Shown: in pieces, positions 37,851 through 47,254 of the stretch
Layout: every line of letters starts with the position of its first letter
Position numbering within the stretch: the stretch's first letter is position 1
Origin: Candidatus Eiseniibacteriota bacterium
GTDB lineage: Bacteria; Eisenbacteria; RBG-16-71-46; CAIMUX01; VGJL01
Length of the DNA: 64,000 nucleotides
Direction: 5' to 3'
Assembly: GCA_041946735.1 (NCBI GenBank)
Contig: JBHGAY010000004.1
Span: 125,626 to 189,625 of the forward strand
The notes under the pieces: generated by a model
Database searches by the model: none
What the model was told of the DNA's origin: nothing
Seen by the model: only the letters and a program-made list of their open reading frames with translations
Translations under genes and position numbers: made by a program

Positions 37851-39065
37851 ATGGCGGAGGCGATGGAGCGGCTGGAGTCGGTCGATCTTTTCGAACGGTG
37901 TCGAGCCTTCACCCGGGCGAAAGAGGCGCAAGCGGCCGGCCTCTATCCCTACTTCGTTCCCATCGCGGGGTCCGAAGGGACCGAGGTCACCATCAAGGGC
38001 CACCGCCTGATCATGCTCGGCTCCAACAATTATCTGGGACTCACCCACGATCCTCGCGTGCTCGACGCGGCGGAGAAGGCGGCCCGGCAGTACGGCAGCG
38101 GCTGCACGGGCAGCCGGTTCCTGAACGGCAACCTCGACCTCCACGAGGACCTCGAGCGCGAGCTGGCTCGCCTGGTCGGCAAGGACGCGGCGCTCGTCTT
38201 CTCGACCGGCTTCCACGTCAACCTCGGCGTGATCTCGAGCCTGATCGGACGCGAAGACGTCGTCGTGATCGACAAGCTCGATCACGCGAGCATCGTCGAC
38301 GGCGCGCTTCTCGCCCACGGTTCGACTCTCCGCTTCCGTCACAACGACATCGCCGATCTGGAGAAGGCGCTCCGCAAGGCGAAGGGCCACGGCGGCGGCA
38401 TCTTGGTCGTGGTCGACGGAGTGTTCAGCATGGAGGGGGATCTCGCCGATCTTCCCGGCATCGTCCCGATGTGCCAGAAGTACGGGGCCCGGCTGATGGT
38501 CGACGAGGCGCATTCCATCGGCGTGATGGGGGCGACCGGCGCGGGGACGCACGAGCATTTCGACGTGACCGACAAGGTCGACATCCTCATGGGGACCTTC
38601 AGCAAGTCGTTCGCGTCGATCGGTGGGTTCGCGGCGGGGGACGAGACGGTCATCCACTACATCAAGCATCACGCCCGGTCGTTGATCTTCAGCGCCAGCC
38701 TTCCTCCGTATGCCGTGGCGACCGTCCACAAGTGCGTCGAGATCATGCAGAAGGAGCCGGAGCGCCGCGAGCGCCTCTGGGCGAACGCGCACCGCTTGCG
38801 CGACGGTCTGGTCGCCTCGGGCTTCGACATCGGAACCTGCTGCACGCCGATCGTTCCGATTCTCGTCGGCAACACGAACAAGACCTTCCTCTTCTGGAAG
38901 CTGCTCTTCGAGGGGGGAGTGTTCACCAATCCGGTGATCGCCCCCGCCGTACCTGAGAAGAGCTCGCGGATCCGGACGAGCCTGATGGCGACACACACCC
39001 CGGAGCAGGTCGACCGCGCCCTGGAGATCATCCGCAAGGCAGGAAAGAAGGCGGGCGTCATCTGA
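37851..39065 (+). CDS. Alpha-oxoamine synthase family PLP enzyme, most like serine palmitoyltransferase
   Basis: GLYPYF, GSNNYLGL, GCTGSRFLNG, DHASI, VFSMEGD, VDEAH, GTFSKSF (PLP Lys), LIFSAS. Confidence 0.85.
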   Translation: MAEAMERLESVDLFERCRAFTRAKEAQAAGLYPYFVPIAGSEGTEVTIKGHRLIMLGSNNYLGLTHDPRVLDAAEKAARQYGSGCTGSRFLNGNLDLHEDLERELARLVGKDAALVFSTGFHVNLGVISSLIGREDVVVIDKLDHASIVDGALLAHGSTLRFRHNDIADLEKALRKAKGHGGGILVVVDGVFSMEGDLADLPGIVPMCQKYGARLMVDEAHSIGVMGATGAGTHEHFDVTDKVDILMGTFSKSFASIGGFAAGDETVIHYIKHHARSLIFSASLPPYAVATVHKCVEIMQKEPERRERLWANAHRLRDGLVASGFDIGTCCTPIVPILVGNTNKTFLFWKLLFEGGVFTNPVIAPAVPEKSSRIRTSLMATHTPEQVDRALEIIRKAGKKAGVI

Positions 39066-39117
39066 TCCTGATCGTGGCCCTCCAACGTCCGCTCCGTCCT
39101 TCGGGGGCCCGGCAGGC

Positions 39118-39774
39118 TCAGGGGAAGTAGGGAAGGAGCAGCCGCAGGTCGGCTCCACGCACGACGACGTCCGCCTCGGCCACCAGCTCTTCGCACTTCG
39201 GGTTCAGCGCGACCGCAAATCCCGCTTCGCGAGCGACCGCGACGTCGTTGAAGGAATCCCCGACGAACGCGCATCGCGCGAGCGGGATGTGCTCCCGTTC
39301 CGCGATCTCGCGCAAGGCCCGCGCCTTCCCCTCGACGTCGTACGGCGTCGCCTCGCATCCCGTCAGCCGGCCGCCCTCGTCGAACTGCAATCGGTTCAGG
39401 TAGACGTCGTCGAAGGGATGTTCCGGGAGGAGCCGGTCGAGGACGATGTCGAGCGTGCCGGAGATGATGGCGAGCTTGTAGCCCCGGCGCTTCAGCTCGG
39501 CGAGCGTCTCGTGCGTCCCCTCGATCAGTCGCAGCCCGTCCATCGCGGCAAGGATCTGCTCGCGCGTCGCGCCGGCGCGCAGCCAATCGCCGACGTCCAG
39601 GGCGACCCACTCCGCATAGCGGATCCTTCCCTGCGAGTAGTCGAGGAAGCGCGTCCGGTCGACCGCGTCGTCTCCACGGAAGCGGCGGTTCAGGATCTCC
39701 CAGACGATCTTCTCCTCGTCGTGCACGACGAGGGTGCCGTCGACGTCGAAGCAGATCAGATCGTAGGGACGCAC
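39118..39774 (-). CDS. HAD-IB phosphatase (phosphoserine phosphatase-like)
   Basis: FDVDGTL, ISG, GKA, VGDSFND; GTG start after GGAGG. Confidence 0.85.
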   Translation of the reverse strand: MRPYDLICFDVDGTLVVHDEEKIVWEILNRRFRGDDAVDRTRFLDYSQGRIRYAEWVALDVGDWLRAGATREQILAAMDGLRLIEGTHETLAELKRRGYKLAIISGTLDIVLDRLLPEHPFDDVYLNRLQFDEGGRLTGCEATPYDVEGKARALREIAEREHIPLARCAFVGDSFNDVAVAREAGFAVALNPKCEELVAEADVVVRGADLRLLLPYFP

Positions 39775-39946
39775 CGGCGTTCCTCCTTCCCTGGAGAGCA
39801 TACGCAAAGAAGAGCCTCGGGGAACGCGCCGGGGTACCGAAGCGAAGGAGGCGGCCCCGCGATGGAGCCGCCTCCCGGAAGGAGATGCCGCGCTCGCCGT
39901 GCGCGCGCGCCCACAAAGGGCGAGCGGCGGCTCGCGCCTCAGCGCG

Positions 39947-42900
39947 TCACTTCAGCATCACGAGACGGCTCGAGCTCGACCGTCCCGACTGCTCGAGCCG
40001 CGCCCAGTAGACACCGCTCGGGAGCGGCCGTCCCCCATCGTCCCGGCCGTCCCAGACGACGGACCGCTCGCCCGCCTCACACCGCTCCTCGAGCAGCGTG
40101 CGGACGATCCGGCCCGAAGCGTCGACGACCTGCAGCCGCGCCGTCCCCGGCTCCGGCAACAGGAAGGAGAGGAGCGTCCGCGGATTGAACGGGTTCGGCT
40201 GCGCGGGAGCGAGATGGAGGGTCTGCAAGCCGACCGCGAACTCGGGAGCCGCCACCGTCGCGTCGACCCCGCGAACCTCGATGTCGTCGATCATCCAGCC
40301 GGCGCCCGTACCGAGCGAATCGGACCCGAACCGGAAGCGGATCTGCACGAGCCCGGGGAATTCGGAGAGATCGACCTCCGTGCGCGTCCAGTCGAAATGA
40401 CCGGAGAAGCATGCCGTCTGCTCCGCGAACGGTCCGCCGCGCTCGTGGATCACGTGCGTGTAGCCGCTGTCGGGAACGAGCGGAACGAACTCGCCGCCGT
40501 TGTGCGAGATCTCCAGCACCCCGCCGTCGTACGCGATCGCCGGATCCACGCTATCAGCCTCCGCATCCATGCAATGCCAGAACGCGAGACGCGCCCCGGC
40601 GCCGAGGTTCAGAGGCGGAAGCATGAGCCGCGCGTCCTCGAGCGGCGCATAGCCGGTCGAGTCGCCGCCGCACTTCCACGCATGGGAGCCGCCCGGCGTC
40701 ACGTTCCCGTCATCCGAGACGTGCCACTCGTCCGCGAAGCCTTCCGGCGCTTCGTGCGAGCAGCGAGGCGTCCCGTGGTCGACCGTCTCGAGGAAGCCGC
40801 CTGCGGGCAGGGAGATGTTGAGAATCTGGACGCGGCCGGTGGAGAGCGCGAGCCGGAGGCTGAAATTGAGCTCGGAGCCGGCGAACTCCGGCGCGATCTC
40901 GAACCGGTAGGGCGCGGTCAGGTAGGCCGACTGCCCCGGCTCGAGAGTCGCCAGCTGCGCGAATCCGTTCGTGACGTGGATCATCGGATCGAGGCTCATC
41001 AGGCTCGCGTTGATCCCGTTCGCCGTCGCCGAACCGTAGTTGGTCAGGCTCAACGTCGCCGCGATCGCCTCTCCGGCGTCAGCCCGTCCGTCCCAGTCCC
41101 CCGTGCTGTCGTCGATGATCGCGTCACGGTAGGCGAGGTTCGGGGCGGAGATCCGAACGAGGACCGTGTCCCACCACGTCTGGAACTCGGTCGACGTGAT
41201 CTTCACCTTGAGCGGAAGGTCGGACCCGTCGGCGGCGTTGCGGTCCGGCTTGAAGCTGAAGCCGTCGAGGCCCCACACCATCTGGTCCGGCGCGATGTCG
41301 CCGAAGGTGGCCGTCGAATCGTAGATGCTCGCGCCTCCCATCGACCGCAGCTTCGCCGTCACCCCATGGGCGGGGTCGGTCCCCGTGTTGTGCAGCTGCA
41401 TCGTCAGATCGTTCAGAACCCCCGCGATGGCGACGCCGCCGGTGAGACCCACTTCCTCGACATGCACCATGGCGTTGCTCGGAGAGGTGACATTGACCGT
41501 TCCGAGATAGGTCTGCGCGTTGTACGCGGTGACGGTGAGGGTCAGCGAGGTCCCGACGGCGGGAAGAGGATCGACCGGAATCGTAGCGAGGCCCGAGCCG
41601 TCCGTGTAGGCGGAACCGTAGAGGACGTTGTTCGCGTAGAGCGCCACGCGCGCCCCCGCCACGCCCGTCACCTGCACCGGGAACGTCGCCTGGCCGTAGA
41701 GGAGGAGCGGCTCATGAACGACCGCGAGCGCGGCGGGGTTCGTGGTCCGCATCATGACGGTGCAGTCGCCGAAGAGGTTGTACTGCTCGACCAGCTTGAT
41801 CCCTTCGTACCCCGGCCAGAGGTCCAGTCCCTTGCATGCGCCGTTGAAGCTCAGGCCTCCGAGGGTGTTGCGCTCCTCGTCGCAGAGCAGGCGCACCACC
41901 TCGGTCTGCATGTCGCACGGAGGCACCCACGAGGCGAGAGTCGACGCCGCGTAGATGCCGATCGCTCCCTTCGGAGCCGCAGCGGTCCCCGCGCGCAGCC
42001 ACGCCTCGGCGAAGCACTCACCGTAGGTGAAGTCGCCGTTCGAGCAGGCAACGCTGCAGATGTAAGGGTTCTTGAAGCCGTTCGTGAGGGCGTAGACGTC
42101 GTTCACGTTGAAGCCGGTCGTCGACCAGGCGGTCGTCGATCCGTGGCCGATGTAGTTGACCAGGCTGCGCCCCTCGTTGATGGCATTGAAGATCTGCTGC
42201 TTCGTGGCGGTCGGATCGTAGATCTGGTCGACTTGCGTGTAGTTGTAGCCGAGCAGCACGTCGCGCAGCCAGTTGGCGCGCTGCCAGTCGTAGGCGCCGC
42301 CCCCGTACGCGTTGCTCGCGATGCCTGTCGCCAGGTGGTACCAGTCCCCCGCCGTCCCGATGTCCGGGGTCTTCTCATAGCGAATCGAACGGGACACCTG
42401 GGTCTCGACGTGAGTGGCGTTCTGCGCGGAGATGCGGGAGATCATCGCATCCGGGTAGTGGTCGTTGCCGCTGAGCATCACGTACATCGGGTCGGAGGGC
42501 GCGCCTTCCGCCGTTCCGGTCAGGTAGGGCATGCTCCCCGAATCGCCGACGAGGATGACGTAGGTGAGCGTCTGCGGCTCGTCGTAGAGGCTCTGGATGT
42601 ACGCCTTCACCTGGCTGCCGGTCGATCCGACCTCGGAGAGTCTCTTCAGGATCGTCGGGATCCCCTTCTGCAGCTCCCACTGATAGAGGGGCAGGATCTG
42701 GTTGTAGTACGAGTCGGCCGTGAGGATCAGGCAACGCCCGGGCTCCGGGATCGGCGTGTAGCGAAGCCCGCCGCCTTCCCGCCAGTTCAGGAAGAGGTTG
42801 CCGTAGATCGAGGTGAACTCGGGATCGATCGAGGTCAGCTCCCGCGACCGCGCTAGCGGATTCTTCGCGGGCCCGGGGATCGGGGCGAGCTCGATCGTCA

Positions 42901-43462
42901 TCCGCCGCGCGACCTCCAGCTTCTGCAGAACCGGGTTGTAGCGCACAGGCCGGATCTCGACGACGACTCCGCGGAAGTCGCGGACGACGAACGGGTCGTA
43001 CATCACCGCTTCCTGCGCCGGGAAGTACGCGTTCTTCGCATACGTCGCGCCGAACTGAAACGGCACGGCGGCGGGATTGACGTTCCGCGTGAGGTGTCCC
43101 TTCGAGGGGACGATCGGGGCATCCAGAGGAAGCTCCTCGTAGGTGGCATCCAGGACGCGGAGGGCGACGTTTGCGCGATCGCCGATCAGGATCGATTGTC
43201 GAAGGACCGGAAGCTCGGGCGCTCCGGCTTCCATCAACGCGGGCGCGTCCTCGAGCACGGGAAGGAGGCATGCCCTTCCGTCCGCGTCGATCGGGATTTG
43301 CTGTAGATCGCCCAGCTCCATCTCGATCACCACGTGATCGGGTTCGGAGGAGAGGACGCGGAACTCCGTCTGCGAAGCTCCGAACGCGGCGCCGCAGGCG
43401 AGAACGACGATAAGCAGAGCGACGAAGATGCAAATGCTGCGAGAAGGTCCGAGCTTCGACAT
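39947..43462 (-). CDS. C25 (gingipain-family) cysteine peptidase with propeptide and FlgD-Ig/T9SS-like CTD
   Basis: Propeptide (GAPELP, PSKG); YVILVGD, SDPMY, NYIGHG (His), SVACSNG (Cys), CFAEAW, YNLFGD; QPNPFNP...WDGRD...SGVY CTD. Confidence 0.92.
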   Translation of the reverse strand: MSKLGPSRSICIFVALLIVVLACGAAFGASQTEFRVLSSEPDHVVIEMELGDLQQIPIDADGRACLLPVLEDAPALMEAGAPELPVLRQSILIGDRANVALRVLDATYEELPLDAPIVPSKGHLTRNVNPAAVPFQFGATYAKNAYFPAQEAVMYDPFVVRDFRGVVVEIRPVRYNPVLQKLEVARRMTIELAPIPGPAKNPLARSRELTSIDPEFTSIYGNLFLNWREGGGLRYTPIPEPGRCLILTADSYYNQILPLYQWELQKGIPTILKRLSEVGSTGSQVKAYIQSLYDEPQTLTYVILVGDSGSMPYLTGTAEGAPSDPMYVMLSGNDHYPDAMISRISAQNATHVETQVSRSIRYEKTPDIGTAGDWYHLATGIASNAYGGGAYDWQRANWLRDVLLGYNYTQVDQIYDPTATKQQIFNAINEGRSLVNYIGHGSTTAWSTTGFNVNDVYALTNGFKNPYICSVACSNGDFTYGECFAEAWLRAGTAAAPKGAIGIYAASTLASWVPPCDMQTEVVRLLCDEERNTLGGLSFNGACKGLDLWPGYEGIKLVEQYNLFGDCTVMMRTTNPAALAVVHEPLLLYGQATFPVQVTGVAGARVALYANNVLYGSAYTDGSGLATIPVDPLPAVGTSLTLTVTAYNAQTYLGTVNVTSPSNAMVHVEEVGLTGGVAIAGVLNDLTMQLHNTGTDPAHGVTAKLRSMGGASIYDSTATFGDIAPDQMVWGLDGFSFKPDRNAADGSDLPLKVKITSTEFQTWWDTVLVRISAPNLAYRDAIIDDSTGDWDGRADAGEAIAATLSLTNYGSATANGINASLMSLDPMIHVTNGFAQLATLEPGQSAYLTAPYRFEIAPEFAGSELNFSLRLALSTGRVQILNISLPAGGFLETVDHGTPRCSHEAPEGFADEWHVSDDGNVTPGGSHAWKCGGDSTGYAPLEDARLMLPPLNLGAGARLAFWHCMDAEADSVDPAIAYDGGVLEISHNGGEFVPLVPDSGYTHVIHERGGPFAEQTACFSGHFDWTRTEVDLSEFPGLVQIRFRFGSDSLGTGAGWMIDDIEVRGVDATVAAPEFAVGLQTLHLAPAQPNPFNPRTLLSFLLPEPGTARLQVVDASGRIVRTLLEERCEAGERSVVWDGRDDGGRPLPSGVYWARLEQSGRSSSSRLVMLK

Positions 43463-43717
43463 GCACTGACTCCTTCGGCGGTGGAACCGCGGGAATGAGG
43501 CCCCTCGAGGGCAGGTCGAATCGAATGCGCTAATTGTAGCAGAAAGTCGCTCGTTTCGCTCCCTCGTCCTGCCGGAAAGTGCGCCGCGGCTCGATCCCTT
43601 GATCGATTCGATCCGCTGCTGGAGGACGATCCCGCCGTTTTGATAGACTTATGCCCGTTGCCTTGAGGCGCGGGGATTTCTCCCGCCGGTCGCTTTCCAT
43701 CCGGAGGCAAAGCATCC

Positions 43718-46366
43718 ATGGCTTTCCGCTCGATCTGGCTTTTCCCGCTCGTCTTTGCCGTTCTTTCGATCGTCCAGTCTCCCCTCGGGCCGCAGCCCGC
43801 GCAATCTGCCTCCCTCCCGGGGGACCTTCCCCTGTGGTCGGCCGGCGATCCGGACCCCACCTACCCGTTTTCCGACCGCTTCCCCGTTGCCGTCGTGGTC
43901 TCCAGCGAGGAGGAGGCCCGTTCGGTCGTCGCAACCGGGATCGAGGTGGAGTCGGTCCGTCCCTTCGCGGACGGCTGGATCATCGAGGCGAACGTCAACG
44001 AGGAGGGGAGCCGGCAGCTCCGTGGCGCGGGTTATGACGTTCACAAGCTGCGCAATCTCGCCCTCGAGGAGTTCCGCCTGCATCCGCCGGGAACAGGGGG
44101 ACTGCGCGACTGGCCGACGTACGACCAGCTGATCAGCGAGCTGCAGGGCGTTGCCTCCGCGAATCCTTCGATCTGCCGGATGATCCCGATCGGGACGTCC
44201 GTGCAGGGACGGACGATCTGGATGATGAAGATCAGCGACAACCCCGACACGGAGGAGAACGAGCCGGAGTTCAAGTTCACTTCGAGCATCCATGGGGACG
44301 AGGTGACCGGGATGGAGCTGTGCCGCCGGCTGATCCACTACCTGGTCGACAACTACGGCACCGATCCGACTGTCACCTCGTACGTCAACGGGATCGAAAT
44401 CTGGATCTGCCCGATGCACAACCCGGACGGATTCGTGAACGGAACCCGCTACAACGCGCACGGCGTCGATCTCAACCGCGAGTTCCCCGACCCGATCACC
44501 GATCCGATCGACACTCCGGACGGCCGCGAGCCCGAGAACCAGGCATTCATGTACCTCGGCTACGACCACCGCTTCGTCCTCTCGGCGAACTATCACGGAG
44601 GCGCGCTGGTCGTGAACTATCCCTGGGACAGCCACGTCGCCTATACGCCGGACGACGAGATGATCGAGACCTTCTCGCTCGGCTACTCGTACCGGAATCC
44701 ACCGATGTGGAACTCGTCGCAGTTCTATCACGGCGTCACCATCGGCTGGGACTGGTACATCGTCAACGGCGGCATGCAGGACTGGTGCTACGAGTGGCGG
44801 TCGGACATCGACGTGACGATCGAGGTGTCGACCACGAAGTGGCCGCCTTACAGCGCCATGGACACGTTCTGGTCGCAGAACCGGGACGCGATGCTCTACT
44901 ACATGAGCCGGACGCTCACGGGCGTTGGCGGGATCGTGACCGACGCGAACACCGGCCTGCCGCTCGACGCGACAGTCGACGTGGTGGAGATCGGCAAGAC
45001 GATCCGCACCGATCCGGACGCCGGCGACTACCACCGGCTGCTGCTCCCGGGTACCTACACATTGCAGGTGGAGGCCGCGGGATACCTGCCGCAGACGATC
45101 CCGGGGATCGTGGTCCTCGACGGCCCGGCGACCGTTCGCGACGTGGCTCTGCTGCCGCTTCCGACCTACGAGGTGAGCGGACACGTGACGGAGCAGGGGA
45201 CCGGGCTGCCCCTGCCCGCGACCGTGCGCGCGTACCGGCACTCCAATCAGGAGCTGGTCGCGCAGGCTTCGACGGAGCCCGCCACCGGCGCCTACTCGAT
45301 CGGACTGCAGGCCGACACCTACGACCTCCGCGTCTCCGCGGCCGGCCACGTGGGAGAGGAACGGCAGATCGAGGTGACGGGGGACCGGGTGGAGGACTTC
45401 GCGCTCCGCAGCATGGCCGAGGTGGTTCTCGTCGTGCAGGACGGAGCGCAAACGAGGATCGCCACCGATTTGGCGGCGATTGGCCTCCCATATCACGTGG
45501 AGACGGCGGCGGCGACCGATCCGGCGGCCTGGTCGGAGTACCGGTGCCTGGTCTGGTCGGCAGGGCCCAACGGCGATCCGGTCGCCGACGCCTCAAAGCG
45601 GGCCGCTCTCGAGGCGTACGCCGGGGCGGGCGGGCGGCTCCTGATCGAGGGGGGGCAGATCGGCTACGACACGTTCCAGAATCCCGGATACCCGAGCTTC
45701 GGCGCGCACGTGCTCCACGGATCCGGTTGGCACACGAACAACGCCGGAGATCTGATTCTCTCCGAGGCGGATCACCCGGTGGCCACGACGCCGAACCTGC
45801 TCTCCAGCACGATCGACATCCAGTACGTGACGACTGGAGACGAGGACTCGGTCACGCCGCTCGCCGGCGCGACGTTGATCTACCGCACGACGAGCTACGC
45901 CGGGGACGCGGGCATCCTCGCGTTCGACGACGATCCGGATAGTCCCGCGACAGGGCAGATCCTCTACTACGCGTTCTCCTACGACCGGCTCGCGGACACC
46001 GCGAACGCGCGGAGGCTCCTCGAGAACTCGATCGCCTGGCTGCGTCGCACCGATCCGGCCGCCGTGCCGGACGTCGAAGGCGGCTCACGCTTCGCGCTCG
46101 GCGCAGCGTTCCCGAATCCGGCGAGCGGCACGGTGCGCTTCCGGCTCGAGTCGGGGAGCGGCGCCGCGGTCTTCGAAGGCGCGATCTTCGACGTGCGCGG
46201 TCGCCGCGTCGCAGCCACGACGAGCGGTTCGCTGCGGATCGGCGGCGGATTGCTCGAGTGGGACGGCCGGCTGCCCTCCGGCGAAGAGGCTCCCGCCGGG
46301 GTTTACTGGCTCCGTGCCCGGGTCGACGGACGGGACGAAACGAGGAGCTTCCTCCGCATCCGGTAG
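43718..46366 (+). CDS. Secreted M14 zinc carboxypeptidase with regulatory-like domains and FlgD-Ig/T9SS-like CTD
   Basis: SIHGDE, NPDG, DLNREF, ANYHGG, YPWD, GGMQDW, TIEVS; FPNP...WDGR...AGVYW CTD. Confidence 0.93.
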   Translation: MAFRSIWLFPLVFAVLSIVQSPLGPQPAQSASLPGDLPLWSAGDPDPTYPFSDRFPVAVVVSSEEEARSVVATGIEVESVRPFADGWIIEANVNEEGSRQLRGAGYDVHKLRNLALEEFRLHPPGTGGLRDWPTYDQLISELQGVASANPSICRMIPIGTSVQGRTIWMMKISDNPDTEENEPEFKFTSSIHGDEVTGMELCRRLIHYLVDNYGTDPTVTSYVNGIEIWICPMHNPDGFVNGTRYNAHGVDLNREFPDPITDPIDTPDGREPENQAFMYLGYDHRFVLSANYHGGALVVNYPWDSHVAYTPDDEMIETFSLGYSYRNPPMWNSSQFYHGVTIGWDWYIVNGGMQDWCYEWRSDIDVTIEVSTTKWPPYSAMDTFWSQNRDAMLYYMSRTLTGVGGIVTDANTGLPLDATVDVVEIGKTIRTDPDAGDYHRLLLPGTYTLQVEAAGYLPQTIPGIVVLDGPATVRDVALLPLPTYEVSGHVTEQGTGLPLPATVRAYRHSNQELVAQASTEPATGAYSIGLQADTYDLRVSAAGHVGEERQIEVTGDRVEDFALRSMAEVVLVVQDGAQTRIATDLAAIGLPYHVETAAATDPAAWSEYRCLVWSAGPNGDPVADASKRAALEAYAGAGGRLLIEGGQIGYDTFQNPGYPSFGAHVLHGSGWHTNNAGDLILSEADHPVATTPNLLSSTIDIQYVTTGDEDSVTPLAGATLIYRTTSYAGDAGILAFDDDPDSPATGQILYYAFSYDRLADTANARRLLENSIAWLRRTDPAAVPDVEGGSRFALGAAFPNPASGTVRFRLESGSGAAVFEGAIFDVRGRRVAATTSGSLRIGGGLLEWDGRLPSGEEAPAGVYWLRARVDGRDETRSFLRIR

Positions 46367-46424
46367 CGAAGCCGAGGGACAAACGCGGGCCAAGCTGGCG
46401 CAAAAACGAACCCATATCTGATTT

Positions 46425-46460
46425 GGCGCCCCTGTCTGCACCGCCAGGGGCGCCTTCTTC
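46425..46460 (+). terminator. Hairpin, probable intrinsic terminator
   Basis: GGCGCCCCTG-10 nt loop-CAGGGGCGCC followed by TTCTTC, downstream of the M14 gene. Confidence 0.5.
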
Positions 46461-46574
46461 GCTTTCCCGCAAGACCGCATCCTTGTACAATCGGTCATCG
46501 CCGGACGAGATCGTTCCGAAGAGCAGAGCGATCCTCGCGCGGCAGGTTCCATCGATATCTCGTGGAGGTCCTGC

Positions 46575-47153
46575 ATGAAGCACATTGCTCTCGTCTGTCT
46601 TCTCTGTCTGATCGCGACCGCCGCGTTCGCCGAGGGGCCTCGCGTTTCCTACGGCCCTCCGGGCGACCCCGTCAACCTCCCCGACCGGGAGGACGTCTGT
46701 CAGTACGGCTACGTCGACATGCAGCCGGGGCAAGGCTGGAGCCTTTACGCAGGCCAGCAGCTCGGCATTCTCTGCTTTGCGCCGGGGAGCATTTCGGCGG
46801 TCGGCTTCTACGTGGAGTTCGTCTCTGTTCCCGGCAATCTGGATATCGTGATCTACGACGGTGGAACGGAGGTGAGCCGCACCTCCGTGACTCCGACGAC
46901 CGGGGACAACGAGTTCGACATCGACGACGTCGCCATCGCCGGAGACGCCTGCATCATGCTCTGTCCGACGAGCTTCGACGGCGTCACCGGAGAGGACATC
47001 AACAGCGCTCCGTACGGCAACTGCTTCTGGAGCGCTTCCTGTCAGTGCTCCAATCCCTTCACCGACAACAACCTCACGATCTGGGCGGTCACCGGGGCAC
47101 CGGTCGCGACCGAGCAGCAATCGTGGGGCGCGCTCCGGATGCTCTATCGCTGA
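46575..47153 (+). CDS. Small secreted Cys-containing protein with a C-terminal SWGxxxxxYR motif
   Basis: GGAGG RBS; signal peptide; ends PVATEQQSWGALRMLYR; TACAAT upstream at 46486. Confidence 0.85.
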   Translation: MKHIALVCLLCLIATAAFAEGPRVSYGPPGDPVNLPDREDVCQYGYVDMQPGQGWSLYAGQQLGILCFAPGSISAVGFYVEFVSVPGNLDIVIYDGGTEVSRTSVTPTTGDNEFDIDDVAIAGDACIMLCPTSFDGVTGEDINSAPYGNCFWSASCQCSNPFTDNNLTIWAVTGAPVATEQQSWGALRMLYR

Positions 47154-47254
47154 TCGCTCGGCGGTAGCGCTCGCGGAGTCCTCATCGGGTCGCCGGGGTC
47201 CGTCCCGGCGACCCTCGCTTTTGGGCCCGCCGGTGGATCCTCGACACGGCCCCC

